Shown in pieces: positions 51,147 through 64,000 of a DNA stretch of 64,000 nucleotides. The position numbers and the translations under genes were made by a program. The notes under the pieces are model-generated. The model had not been told where the DNA came from. It searched no databases and worked only from the letters and a program-made list of their open reading frames with translations. The stretch is from assembly GCF_044704955.1 (NCBI RefSeq), contig NC_091984.1, positions 147,188,001 to 147,252,000 on the forward strand, read 5' to 3'. Numbering within the stretch: position 1 is the first letter of the stretch; each line of letters begins with the position of its first letter. This DNA comes from Pristiophorus japonicus (lineage: Eukaryota).

Positions 51147-54100
51147 GAAACATAGAAACATAGAAAATAGGTGCAGGAGTAGGCCATTCGGCCCTTCTAG
51201 CCTGCACAGCCATCCAATGAGTTCATGGCTGAACATGCAACTTCAGAACCCCCTTCCTGCTTTCTCGCCATACCTCTTGATCCCGAGTCGAAAGGACTTC
51301 ATCTAACTCCCTTTTGAACATATTTAGTGAATTGGCCTCAACAACTTTCTGTGGTAGAGAATTCCACAGGTTCACCACTCTCTGGGTGAAGAAGTTTTTC
51401 CTCATCTCGGTCCTAATTGGCTTACCCCTTATCCTTAGACTGTGACCCCTGGTTCTGGACTTCCCCAACATTGGGAACATTCTTCCTGCATCTAACCTGT
51501 CTCAACCCGTCAGAATTTTAAACGTTTCTGAGGTCCCCTCTCATTCTTCTGAACTCCAGTGAATACAAGCCCAGTTGATCCAGTCTTTCTTGATAGGTCA
51601 GTCCCACCATCCCGGGAATCAGTCTGGTGAACCTTCGCTGCACTCCCTCAATAGCAAGAATGTCCTTCCTCAAGTTAGGAGACCAAAAGTGTACACAATA
51701 CTCCAGGTGTGGCCTCACCAAGGCCCTGTACAACTGTAGCAACACCTCCCTGCCCCTGTACTTAAATCCCCTTGCTATGAAGGCCAACATGCCATTTGTT
51801 TTCTTAACCGCCTGCTGTACCTGCATGCCAACCTTCAATGACTGATGTACCATGACACCCAGGTCTCGTTGCACCTCCCCTTTTCCTAATCTGTCACCAT
51901 TCAGATAATAGTCTGTCTCTCTGTTTTTCCCAACAAAGTGGATAACCTCACATTTATCCACATTATACTTCATCTGCCATGCATTTGCCCACTCACCTAA
52001 CCTATCCAAGTCACTCTGCAGCCTCATAGCATCCTCCTCGCAGCTCACACTGCCACCCAACTTAGTGTCATCCGCAAATTTGGAGATACTACATTTAATC
52101 CCCTCGTCTAAATCATTAATATACAGTGTAAACAGCTGCGGCCCCAGCACAGAACCTTGCGGTTCACTGCCTGCCATTCTGAAAAGTACCCATTTACTCC
52201 TATTCTTTGCTTCCTGTCTGACAACCAGTTCTCAATCCACGTCAGCACACTACCCCCAATCGCATGTGCTTTAACTTTGCACATTAATCTCTTGTGTGGG
52301 ACCTTGTCGAAAGCCTTCTCAAAGTCCAAATATACCACATCAACTGGTTCTCCCTTGTCTACTCTACTGGAAACATCCTCAAAAAATTGCAGAAGGTTTG
52401 TCAAGCATGATTTCCCTTTCACAAATCCATGCTGACTTGGACCTATCATGTCACCTCTTTCCAAATGCGCTGCTATGACATCCTTAATAATTGATTCCAT
52501 CATTTTACCCACTACTGAAGTCAGGCTGACCAGTTTATAATTGCCTGTTTTCTCTCTCCCTCCTTTTTAAAAAAGTGGGGTTACATTGGCTACCCTCCAC
52601 TCGATAGGAACTGATCCAGAGTCAATGTTGAAAAATGACTGTCAGTGCATCCGCTATTTCCAAGGCCACCTCCTTAAGTACTCTGGGATGCAGTCCATCA
52701 GGCCCTGGGGATTTATTGGCCTTCAATCCCATCAATTTCCCCAACACAATTTCCCGACTAATAAAGATTTCCCTCAGGTCCTCCTCCTTACTAGACCCTC
52801 TGACCCCTTTTATATCCGGAAGGTTGTTTGTGTCCTCCTTAGTGAATACCGAACCAAAGTACTTGTTCAATTGGTCTGCCATTTCTTTGTTCCCCGTTAT
52901 GACTTCCCCTGATTCTGACTGCAGGGGACCTACGTTTGTCTTTCCTAACCTTTTTCTCTTTACATATCTATAGAAACTTTTGCAATCGGTCTTAATGTTC
53001 CCTGTAAGCTTCTTCTCATACTCCATTTTCCCTGCCCTAATCAAACCCTTTGTCCTCCTCTGCTGAGTTCTAAATTTCTCCCATTCCCCGGGTTCGCTGC
53101 TATTTCTGGACAATTTGTATGCCACTTCCTTGGCTTTAATACTATCCCTGATTTCCCTTGATAGCCACGGTTGAGCCACCTTCCCTTTTTTATTTTTACG
53201 CCAGACAGGAATGTACAATTTTTGTAGTTCATCCATTCGGTCTCTAAATGTCTGCCATTGTCCATCCACAGTCAACCCCTTAAGTATCATTCGCCAATCT
53301 ATCCTAGCCAATTCACGCCTCATACCTTCAAAGTTCCCCTTCTTTATGTTCTGGACCATGGTCTCTGAATTAACTGTTTCATTCTCCATCCTAATGCAGA
53401 ATTCCACCATATTATGGTCACTCTTCCCCAAAGGGCCTCGCACAACGAGATTGCTAATTAATCCTCTCTCATTACACAACACCCAGTCTAAGATGGCCTC
53501 CCCGCTAGTAGGTTCCTCGACATATTGGTCTAGAAAACCATCCCTTATGCACTCCAGGAAATCCTCCTCCACCGTATAGGGCTAGCCCAATCTCTGTGCA
53601 TATTAAAGTCACCCATTATAACTGCTGCACCTTTATTGTATGCACCCCTAATTTCCTGTTTGATGCCTCCCCAACATCACTACTAATGTTTGGAGGTCTG
53701 TACACAACTCCCACTAACGTTTTTTGCCCTTTGGTGTTCTGCAGCTCTACCCATATAGATTCCACATCATCAAAGCTAATGTCCTTCCTAACTGTTGCAT
53801 TAATCTCCTCTTTAACCAGCAATGCTACCCCACCTCCTTTTCCTTTTATTCTATCCTTCCAGAATGTTGAATACCCCTGGATGTTGAGTTCCCAGCCCTG
53901 ATCATCCTGGAGCCACGTCTTCGCAATCCCAATCAGATCATATTTGTTAACATCTATTTGCACAGTTAATTCATCCACCTTATTACGGATACTCCTTGCA
54001 TTAAGATACAAAGCCTTCAGGCTTGTTTTTTTAACACCCTTTGTCCTTTTAGAATTTTGCTGTACAGTGGCCCTTTTTGCTCTTTTTCTTGGGTTTCTCT

Positions 54101-55379
54101 GCCCTCTACTTTTCCTCATCTCCTTTCTGTCTTTTGGTTTTGTCTCCTTTTTGTTTCCCTCTGTCTCCCTGCATTGGTTCCTATCCCCCTGCCATATTAG
54201 TTTAACTCCTCCCCAACAGCACTAGCAAACACTCCCCCTAGGACATTGGTTCTGGTCCTGCCCAGATGCAGACCGTCCGGATTGTACTGGTCCCACCTCC
54301 CCCAGAACCGGTTCCAATGCCCCAGGAATTTGAATCCCTCCCTGCTGCACCACTGCTCAAGCCACGTATTCATCTGCGCTATCCTGCGATTCCTACTCTG
54401 ACTAGCATGTGGCACTGGTAGCAATCCTGAGATTACTACTTTTGAGGTCCTACTTTTTAATTTATCTCCTAGCTCCTTAAATTCGTTTCGTAGGACCTCA
54501 TCCCTTTTTTTACCTATGTCGTTGGTAACAATGTGCACCACGACAACTGGCTGATCTCCATCCCTTTTTAGAATGTCCTGCACCCGCTCCGAGACATCCT
54601 TGACCCGTGCACCAGGGAGGCAACATACCATCCTGGAGTCTCGGTTGCGGCCGCAGAAACGCCTATCTATTCCCCTCACAAATGAATCCCCTATCACTAT
54701 CGCTCTCCCACTCTTTTTCCTGCCCCCCTGTGCAACAGAGCCAGCCATGGTGCCATCAACTTGGCTGCTGCTGCCCTCCCCTGATGAGTCATCCCCCTCA
54801 ACAGCACTCAAAGCAGCGTATCTGTTTTGCAGGGGGATGACCACAGGAACACCTGCACTACCTTCCTTGCGCTACTCTTCCTGCTGGTCTTCCATTGCCT
54901 AGTTGGCTGTGGACCCTTCTCCTGCAGTAAGAGCAACTCGCTACACGTGCTACTCACATCGTTCTCAGCATCGTGGATGCTCCAGAGTGAATCCACCCTC
55001 AGCTCCAATTCCGCAACGCAGTCTGTCGGGAGCTGGAAGCGGATACACTTCCCGCAGATGTAGTCGTCAGGGTCACCGGAAGCGTCCCTGAGTTCCTACA
55101 TGGTATAGGAGGAGCATATCACGTGACTGAGCTCCCCTGCCATGACTTAACCCTTAGATACACTTAAATTGGCAACAACAATGTTAAAAGTTACTGACTG
55201 TTATAGAAGAGAAAAAAGAAAAACTACTCACCAATCCAGCCAATCACTTACCCCCTTGGCTGTGACGTCACCTTTCTGTTTCTTTCTACTTCTTTTTTAA
55301 CTTCTCCCTGTAGCTACACCGGATAGCCTCTCGCCGACCCTAAACTCACGCTGCTCAGAGCTCCCGCCTCCTCGACAGG
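51147..55379 (-). mobile_element. Near full-length CR1 LINE (ORF1 zinc finger + SGNH esterase; ORF2 EN-RT), with disablements
   Basis: ORF1 ATG ~55143, VIGDSFVRG..GARVKDV..DGLHL; ORF2 pieces 54119-51256; (CATAGAAA)n tail; 6-bp TSD ATTATA at 51141-51146 and 55380-55385. Confidence 0.93.
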
Positions 55380-55485
55380 ATTATATTCCACCTGCCAAAT
55401 TTTTGCCCATTTACTTAGCTGGTCTATATCCCTTTACAGACTATTTGTGTCCTCTTCACAAGTTGCTTTCCCACCCATCTTTGTA

Positions 55486-56732
55486 TTATAGTGTGATTGT
55501 TTTTCAATCTACTCTGATTCTTAGAAATCGACTGAAGACATACAATCACCCTTCCTGGCTGTATCTATTGTAGGTTCGTGGTCGTTGGTTCTGTGCCCTG
55601 TTGGTTCTTCTTCTGGCCATTCTCTGCATTGCTGTTCCCTCCATTTACACCACGTCCTTCCGTACATTCGTCTGTTTGTTCTTTCGACCTGTGTCCATCT
55701 GTACACGTATCCTTCTACTTCTTCTGTGTGCTTCTTCTTCCGTATGTTCCTGTCCTTCATCCATCTTCTGTAGAGCTGCTTCTAGCTCACATATTTATAT
55801 CCAGATTATGACTGATCTCCCGCCACTGCGGTTTCTGATAAAGTATTTACATAGATATATTTTATTGTGGTCCCCTTGGTTGATTGACTGCAATAATGGA
55901 CTCATCTGTTTTACCATTTGCACACTGAGTCTGCAAGGCTCAAGTTGCTTTCTCATCTTAACACCTCGTCCCAAAAAATGTTCACCTAGTGTGGTTCCTT
56001 TGTTGTCCAGTATTTTTACAGACTTGGTTTCTCCAGTGAGCTTATTTTTCCCACCCTGGTCAATCAAGTTCAGGGCCTCACGTAACAACTCCATTCTTGT
56101 TATGCATGGAGTCAGTTTTGGTCCCTGACCAAGAATGCCCTTAATTGTCCAGCTTCATTCCAAAAGCCGGTATTAAATTCCAAAACCTTGTATTAATCTT
56201 TAGCTCATGGTCACCTTCGGTGCTTTTCTGAAGATTAGTAACCTTACACTCCCTCCTTTAATGTTTCGTAAATATAAAACTAGAGACATTACTTGTGGAG
56301 TTCTTCTTTTTTCATGAGCTCTTTTTGGGTGTATTGCATTCTCAGTCAAAAACTCCAGATTACTTTCTTTTTTTACATCAAAAAACAGTACTTTTTCCCG
56401 ACAAACCAACACTTTTACAACAAAAATATTCGGCCTTGATCTGACTTCAGTTTTATATACAAACACTTTGGCTTTGGTTCATCTTAACAACTCTTCAAGA
56501 TTCCCTTCCTTTGTATTCTTTTTCAACTTACAGGATAAGATAAATAGTTGCACCACTATAACCAACTATACAATGGCTAGTGCACGAGACATGATTCAAA
56601 CCCAGAGGAGAATCTGAATATTGAATACCAAATCCCATTTTGGAGGGGCCATCACTTCCTCAATATCCTCCCTTACTTTTTAATTTGTTTGGTGTAATGT
56701 GTAATCGTGTTTGTTGGATATTACAATGTCCT
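55486..56732 (-). mobile_element. Putative endogenous retrovirus 3' fragment: env-like C-terminus, PPT and partial LTR
   Basis: Decayed frame YTLHQTN*KVREDIEEVMAPPKWDLVF..WV*IMSRALAIV*LVIVVQLFILSCKLKK; PPT AAAGGAGGGAG (56259-56249) followed by TGTAAGG; bounded by TCTTTGTA duplication. Confidence 0.5.
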
Positions 56733-57329
56733 TCTTTGTACCATCAGCAAACTTAGTTACATTACACTCGGTCCCTTCATCTAAGTCATTAATGTAGATA
56801 GTAAATCGATGAGGCCCAGCACTGATCCATGCGGCACTCCACTAGTTACCGTTTCCAATGGGAAAATGACCCATTTATCCCAACTCCCTGTTTTCTGTGA
56901 GTTAGCCAATTCTCTATCCATGCTAAGATATTACCCCCAACCCCATGAACTTTTATCTTGTGCCTTTTATGTGGTACCTCATCGAATGCCTTCTGGAAAA
57001 CCAAATACACCACATCCACTACTTCCCCTTTATCACCCTGCTCGGTACATCCTCAAAGAATTCCAGAAAATTTGTCAAATATGATTTCCCTTTCATAAAA
57101 CCATGCTGACTCTGCTTGATTGAACTCCGCTTTTCCAAATGTCCTGCTACTGCTTCTTTAATAATGGACTCCAGCATTTTCCCAATGACAGATGTTAGGC
57201 TAACTGGTCTATCGTTTCCTGCTTTCTGTCTGCCTCTTTTTTTAAATAGGGGCGTTACATTTGCTGTGCGTGCTTTTGAGAGGGCGCTAAAAGGAGCTGC
57301 GACATCCAGAATACCAGATTTTGCCTCAA

Positions 57330-57745
57330 TTCAACAACAACAACTTGTATTTATACAGCGCCTGTAACGTAGTGAAACGTCCCAAGGCACTTCCCAAGAG
57401 TATTATGAGATACAAAATTTGATACCGAGTCACATAAGAAGAAATTAGTGTCAGTGACCAAAGAGGTATATTTTAAGGATCGTCTTGAAGGAGGAAAGAG
57501 AGGTAGAGAGGCGGAGAGGTTTAGGTTGAGAGTTCCAGAGCTTGGGATCTCGACAACAGAAGGCACGGCCACCAATGGTTGAGCGATTATAATCAGGGAT
57601 GCTCAGGAGGGCAGAATTGGAGGAGCGCAGACATCTCGGGGGGTTATGGGGCTGGAGGAGATTACAGAGATAGGGAGGGGCGAAGTCATGGAAGGATTTG
57701 AAAACAAAGATGAGAATTTTAAAAATTGAGGCGTTGCTGAACTGG
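57330..57745 (-). mobile_element. L2-clade LINE 3' end
   Basis: FKILIFVFKSFHDFAPPYLCNLL..LRSS..IGGRAF..PKLWNS and a ...GCTGTATAAATACAAG(TTG)n tail. Confidence 0.8.
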
Positions 57746-58836
57746 AAGCCGATGTCAGTCTCTACCCTCGCCCCACCGAGCCATTCTCCCCACCCCCACC
57801 TTGAGCCGCTCCCCCGCCTCCCTCCCTCACTCCTGCCCTCCTCACACCACATCCCTCAGTCTCCCTCCCCCCGATCCCAACTCAGCTCCCACTCCCCCCC
57901 CACTTCCCTGTCCCCCTACCTCACACGCCCCTCCTTCCCCCTTTCCATCCCCTCTGCCCCTCCCGAGCCGGAGTAGGCCATTCGGTCTCTCGAGCCTGCT
58001 CCGCCATTCAATGAGATCATGGCTGATCTTCTACCTCAACTCCACTTTCCTGCACTATCCCCATATCCCTCGATTCCCTTAACATCCAAAAATCTATTGA
58101 TCTCCTTTTTTTTGGAGCAACTGGTTTAGAATGGAGTATCTTAGAAATTGCAATTCTCGGCATTTAATTTGCTCCAGTTCCAGTGAGTTTGAACAGTTTC
58201 ATTTTGGAACAGATTTCTTTTTTCAAAAGGGGGCATGTGCGGCCACTGACGCCTGTTTTGAAAGTTTAGGCAGCGAAAACTTACTCCAAACTAACTTAGA
58301 ATGGAGCAAGTGTAGATTTTTGTACGCTCAGAAAAACCTTGTCTACACTTTAGAAATCAGGCGTAGGTTACAAATCAGGCTTAGGGAATGGGGGGCAGGG
58401 GAGGGGGGAAGCGGGGAAGTAATTCAATTCTCCAAGCATTCAACAGTCTTACTTAGACAAATAAATAGCCAGCCTGAATAAAAAATTATAAACAAAGCAA
58501 GTACAAAATATTGAATATTCCTACCTGTGTGAAGAAGCAGCAGCCTTCGAGCTGCGGTGCTTCAGGCAGGCCTTCCTTCCATGTTGGAGACAGGGGCGGC
58601 TTCAGTGACTCAATGGCAGCCGAAGACACAGCAAGCAGCCTTCGAGCTGTGAGGGTAACTGAGGCCATTCGGCCACAGGATAGGGGAGGCAGCAGTGGCT
58701 GACGGCAGCCGAAGACACAGCAAGCAGCCTTCAAGCTGCGAGGGAGGCTGAAGCCATTCGGCCAGGGGACAGGGTAAGCACCGGGAGGGAGAGGCAGCCA
58801 GCTAGCCAGTTTGAAACTTAAATTTGTAATTGCAGA

Positions 58837-60043
58837 ATGGGTGCTGCATTGTCAACACCACGGATTATGCAATGGTTCACCAGCAATTCACTGCATAGGA
58901 GAGAATTGATTAGAGCTCACCGCACCAGGAACGTCATAGCCCGTAGGCTGATGGGCAGGAGACCTTACCCACATCGGCAATATCGAGCTAAGCACTGGTA
59001 CCTGGACATGAGTGAGGCTGATAGTATCAAAAGGCTACGTTTCCACAGAGAAGTTGTTGTTGAGATCTGTGATATGCTGAGAGCAGATTTGCAGCCCAGA
59101 AGCAGAACACCAACTGCCTTGTCTGTTGAAGTGAAGAGAGCAGCTGCACTGGCCTTCTATGCCTCGGGATCGTTTCAGGCTACAACTGGAGATGTGCGCC
59201 ATCTCTCAATGTGCAATTCATGCCAGCGTTTACCAGGTCACGGCTGCACTGTATGTGCAGAGGAATGACTTCATCAATTTCCCAATGACCGCACAAGCGA
59301 TCCATGAGGGCTGTGAGGCTTCTTCAGGATTGCTGGCTTCCCAAAGGTACAGGGCTGCATTGATTGTACCCACATCGCCTTGCGAGAACCTGTGGAGGAT
59401 TCTGAGCAGTACAGGAATAGAAAAGGTTTCCACTCCATCAATGTACCGCTCGTGTGTGACGACAAGCAGCGCATCATGTCAGTCGATGTGAGATACCCTG
59501 ACAGCACAGATGATGCCTTCATCCGACGCGACAGCATTATATCTGACATGTTTGAGCAGCAACCAGAAGGGCAGAGCTGGCTACTGGGAGACAAAGTGTA
59601 CGGCCTGGCCACCTGGCTCATGACGCTTGATACGGACGGAAGCTGACCATCAATACAACATGGTGCACATTGCGACGCGCAGCATCATTGAGAGGACCAT
59701 TGGCATATTGAAACACGGTTTCCGATGCCTGGACCATTCCGGAGGCCACTTGCAATACTCTCCTCAGATTGTCGGTCACTTCACTGTTGTGTGTTGCATG
59801 CTCCATAACTTAGCCATCATGAGGCAGCAGGAGCTGGTAGTGGAACCAGAAGATCCACATGAGGGGTCAGTGCCTGATGATAGTAATTTGGAAGAGCAGG
59901 ATGAGGATGATGACAACAATCAGGAAAGCATGCAAGTGCCTGATGCCGGAGCACGAGGTCGGAGGAGGGCCGTTCATCGTGCTCCTTTAACAATTGCTCG
60001 AGCCCTGTGCCACCAGCTCATCCGTGAACGCTTCAATTACTGA
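58837..60043 (+). pseudogene. Harbinger (HARBI1-like) DDE transposase, frameshifted
   Basis: ALAFYASGSFQ, IDCTHIA, YRNRKGFHSINV..VCD, WLLGDKVY, HIATRSIIERTIGILK..FRCL, CCMLHNLAI across three frames. Confidence 0.9.
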
Positions 60044-60549
60044 TGCCTGAGGGCTCTGCGACAACTGTTGCGCATGGACATGTTTATTCTTTGCAGTTGT
60101 TCCTATGTCGTGTTGTGTTAATGGAACATGATTCAGTTTTAATGAAAAAATATTTTATTGAAAAGTTAACGTCACTGTAATAAAATATTTGTTGTACCAA
60201 ACTTTACTTTTTAATATGACTCTTAAGATCACTTAAAAACTTTAAGATCACTTATAAACTTGTAACGTTACAAAACAATTTCAACGTAAAAAATCTTACA
60301 TTCTTAAGATCACTTAAACTTCAAGATCACTTTTTAGGTGTCAAATTAAATAAGTTACAAAAAGTGCGAGCATTTACACTATAAGATCACTTCAAAACCG
60401 TAAGATCACTTATAAGTTGTAAAATTACAAAAGTTACAAAACAATTTCAAGTGAAAAACACTGCTACAGCTACATCAAGAACAAGAACAAAAGCAGCAAA
60501 GAACGGCTGTAACCATCTCTCAGCCACATCTCAGTGAATGTTCACTTCT

Positions 60550-62249
60550 TCATGGGGGTGTCATTTGATTGGCGGGACTGTGTGCCCTTATTGCAGTAGC
60601 TACCTCCATGAGGGCCTGTGCCTTCACTTGCATGCCCTTTCTGATGGCCTGTGCCATTGGTAACACTCCCTTGGACATTCCCTCCCAAAGTTCCCGTGTC
60701 ATTACTGCTATTTCTCCCGTCAGGACTGTCACCTCTTCACCCACTGCACTGACACTACCGATGAGTGATCGGGTAAGCTCATTGGTCTTCATACCCAATG
60801 CCACGATCTGAGCCGTATCTGTTGCACGCTGCATCTCAGGAGAGCGTGTCTCCAATCTCCTTCTCCTCTGCCTGGGCCTGCCTCGCGGCACCACTACACA
60901 GGGAGGCACGGGCTGGGACGGTGGGACACTCTGTGTTCCAGACGGCAGTACGAGAGAGAGAGGTGCGGGCTGGGACGGTGAGGCACTCTGTGTTCCAGAC
61001 GTCAGTACTAGAGAGAGAGGCGCGGGCTGGGACTGTGGGACGCTCTGTGTTCCAGACGGCAGTACTAGAGAGAGAGGCGCGGGCTGGGACGGTGGGACGC
61101 TCGGTGTTCCAGACGGCAGTACTAGAGAGAGAGGCGCAGGCTGAGATGGTGAGGCGCTCGGTGTTCCAGACAGCAGAACTTGAGTGCGAGCTGTGGGCTG
61201 GGATGGTGGGTGAATGGGTGTAAACTGCTCCATGATATCACTAGCACCACTGGGACCCACAACGTCGGAATCAAAACCATGGAAGGTGGAACCAGAACCT
61301 ATGCGAGTGGGAGGCGCAGGCTCGGACTCTGGTGCACTGGCTGTAAACTGCTACATTATACCAGCGGAGCACTTGGACCCGCAACATCGGAATCAAAACC
61401 ATGGAAGGTGGAACCAGATCCAATGCAAGGGGTTGAAACTCAGATGCCCCTTAATGGGGGCTCATAAACATTAATTTGGAAGTTCTCCCCTGTAGACATT
61501 TCAGTCATCGCCGCCAGCATCCAGTCTGGATCTGGTTGTACTGGTTCTTGTTCTGTGTCTTCACGATCCTCAGGGTTGGCATCATCATCATCATCATGTT
61601 CTGCAAAATATATCAGAACAGTCAAATGTTTAACAGCAAGGGAGGAGGCAGGATGGGGCATGAGTACTCTCACACATAGCAGACCAGGCAGCAGGTTGAT
61701 TTGAAGGGCCACGATGCATTTTCAGGACTTACCCTCTTCCTCGCGTGTGGGCCCAGCTTGTGCTGTACTGAATGCTTTTCTCCATGTACAACTCATCATG
61801 GCAGCTACCCTCTGTTCCAAGGGTGTCAGTTGCTGCAGATTGAGCGTGCCTTCTCCTGTTCGAGTTGCTTCCCTTTTGTTGTGGGCCACTTTCTTCTGCA
61901 AAGAGTTAAACATAACTTTTTACAAAGTGCGTCTTTCTGCAGGGCGGGACATACAGATAGTCACATTACAATTACAATTACATTAAAAAATGAAAATATT
62001 ACTTACACTAACTACTTGACCAAGGTCGTGCCATTTCTTTTTACACTGGCTTCCAGATCTCATGGTATGCACCACTGCGCAGTAATCTTCTGCAACTTGG
62101 TTCCAGCGTTTCTTCATTTCTTTCGGTGGCACTTTTATGTGACCTCTGTTGCTGGTATCGAGCTCCTGCTATCTCTGCTCAATGGCGTTAACTAATATCT
62201 CCACTTCCTCATGCAAGAAATTCTTTGTTCTTGGTGGATGTTGTTCCAT
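60550..62249 (-). pseudogene. Harbinger Myb/SANT-like DNA-binding protein, three exons (62249-62007, 61895-61733, 61600-60550)
   Basis: MEQHPPRTKNFLHEEVEILV..KRWNQVA..RSGSQCKKKWHDL with one internal TAG; GT-AG introns; last exon has a 57-bp (19-aa) repeat at ~60900-61170. Confidence 0.75.
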
Positions 62250-62778
62250 TGCTGTATTGAATTGAAACTCTTACTTTTCAAAACACAGTCCTTATTTTGC
62301 ATGCACCTATGTAGAACCTGTTCTGGAAGTTTAGCGGTGAAAAGCAGCACTCACTGATTTCAGCAGGTGATTTCTTCAACAGTGCTGCTAAAAACACTCT
62401 TTCAGACATCAAAATTCAATCCCAAGCCTTTCCAGAGGTCCACGAGACAAATCAGCACATTTCTTCAAGTTCCATTAAAATGGCCGAGTGCCAATGTTTA
62501 TGGGCTACTGCGCGGGCGCGCGCGCTCCAACACGCATGGCGCAGGGCTGTCGGCAGGACGTTCTCTCATTTGACTTAGCCCCGCCCCCCTGCACTTGCAG
62601 AATTGGCGCGACTCTGTGGCTCCGCCCCCTGCTGATGTCTGTGCGCCGCGCCGAGCTGCGAGGGACCTGCAGGGAGCCCGAGAATTGCAAGGTACATTTT
62701 TGTCGCGCTTTTAGGCACGAAAAACGGGTGTCCATGTCGGGGCTGCGCCGTTCTAGGCGCGGCCTGAAACTTGACCCC

Positions 62779-64000
62779 TGAGACTCCTCAGCCCTCTGGG
62801 GTAGAGAATTCCAGAGATTCACCACCCTCTGAGTGAAGAGGTTTCTCCTCATCTCAGTCCTAAATGGCCGACCTCTTATTCTGAGACTGTGACCCCTGGT
62901 TCTAGACTCCCCGGCCAGAGGAAACATCCTCCCAGCATCTACCCTGTCAAGCCCTGTCAGAATTGTGTATGTTTCAATGGGATGCCCTCTCATTCTTCTA
63001 AACTCTAGAGAGTATAGGCCTTGGAACTTGTGGAACCAAGGCGGGTAGATGGAGTTCAGATACAGATGAGCCGTGATCTGATTGAATGGGGGAACAGGCC
63101 CGAGGGGCTGAATGGCCTCCTCCTGTTCATTATGTCCAGCAGCAGCTGTGAACCTCTCCGCAACCTCATCTTGACTTTTATCAGTCACATCAGAGCCTTG
63201 ATCCCCTCACCAGGGGGCTGGTGTTTCCAGATCAATGTCCAACTGATCGATGCCATGAGTCAGACTCAGTGAGTGCTGTCAGTGGATGGAAAGGCTGCTC
63301 TAACTACAGCCTTGTTCTAATGTATATGGGGAGGGGCAACAAGGCAAGGGAATACACAATAAATGGGAGGGTACTGAGAGGGGTGGAGGAACGGAGGGAC
63401 CTTGGAGTGCATGTCCACAGATCCCAGAAGGTAGCTGGCCAGGTCGATAAGGTGGTTAAAAAGGCATACGGAATACTTGCCTTTATTAGCCGAGGCATAG
63501 AATACAAGAGCAGGGAGGTTATGCTTGAACTGTATAAATCACTATTTAGGCCACAGCTAGAGTACTGCGTACAGTTCTGGTCATCACAGGCTATGGACCC
63601 ATAGAAACATAGAAACATAGAAAATAGCTGCAGGAGTAAGCCATTCGGCCCTTCGAGCCTGCACCATCATTCAATAAGATCATGGCTGATCATTCCCTCA
63701 GTACCCCTTTCCTGCTTTCTCTCCATACCCCTTGATCCCTTTAGCCGAAAGGGCCATATCTAACTCCTTCTTGAATATATGCAATGAACTGGCATCAATA
63801 ACTCTCTGCGAGAGGTAATTCCACAGGTTAACAACTCTCTGAGTGAAGAAGTTTCTCCTCATCTCAGTCCCAAATGGCATACCCCTTATCCTAAGACTGT
63901 GTCCCCTGGTTCTGGAGTTCCCCATCATCGGATTCATTCTTCCTGCATCTAACCTGGCCAGTCCCATCAGAATCTTATTGGTTTCTATGAGATACCCTCT
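62779..64000. mobile_element. CR1 3' fragments in both orientations
   Basis: 62779-63020(-), 63320-63585(+), 63600-64000(-) with (CATAGAAA)n tail. Confidence 0.85.

Larger units (their letters stand above)
50343..57262 (-). mobile_element. Older CR1 (minus strand) in three pieces: 50343-51146, 55380-55485, 56733-57262
   Basis: RT sequence is continuous once the inserts bounded by ATTATA and TCTTTGTA duplications are removed. Confidence 0.8.
58105..62778. mobile_element. PIF/Harbinger DNA transposon with convergent transposase and Myb/SANT genes; left TIR lost
   Basis: Right end GAAACTTGACCCC followed by TGA; left subterminal region homologous to the MITE at 1946-3320; inserted in a CR1 tail. 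Confidence 0.88.

Noticed and set aside
58837-62249. Convergent two-gene transposon as a RAG-like (ProtoRAG/Transib) element near an Ig locus
   Set aside because: Motifs are HARBI1-type DDE and Myb/SANT; termini are not RSS-like.

Overview
Eukaryotic, repeat-dense genomic DNA from a cartilaginous fish (shark-type CR1/L2 LINEs, DeuSINEs and cluster-type immunoglobulin gene). The only host gene I can see is one unrearranged kappa-type immunoglobulin light-chain cluster on the + strand: promoter (~38400-38500), leader exon (38558-38606), V exon (38794-39092) with a 12-bp RSS, one J (40460-40494) with a 23-bp RSS, and one C exon (48519-48847). All splice phases and reading frames are consistent with a functional gene. 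The rest is nested transposable elements: three Mag-like Ty3/gypsy LTR elements, a 13-kb retrovirus-like element with 1.6-kb LTRs (tRNA-Arg PBS, gag-TGA-CTA-pro, tether plus second RNase H, integrase; RT deleted, no env), a separate env/PPT/LTR-like fragment, many CR1 copies (one near full length), Tx1 and L2 fragments, and a two-gene Harbinger transposon with a related MITE. Best leads: (1) a 12/23-compatible pair of cryptic RSSs flanking the C exon, resembling the mammalian kappa-deleting-element arrangement; (2) a lokiretrovirus-like endogenous element plus an env-like relic; (3) a switch-region-like 45-bp repeat in the J-C intron; (4) a 6.3-kb inversion that splits one LTR element just upstream of the V gene. 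All comparisons were made by eye; no database searches were run.
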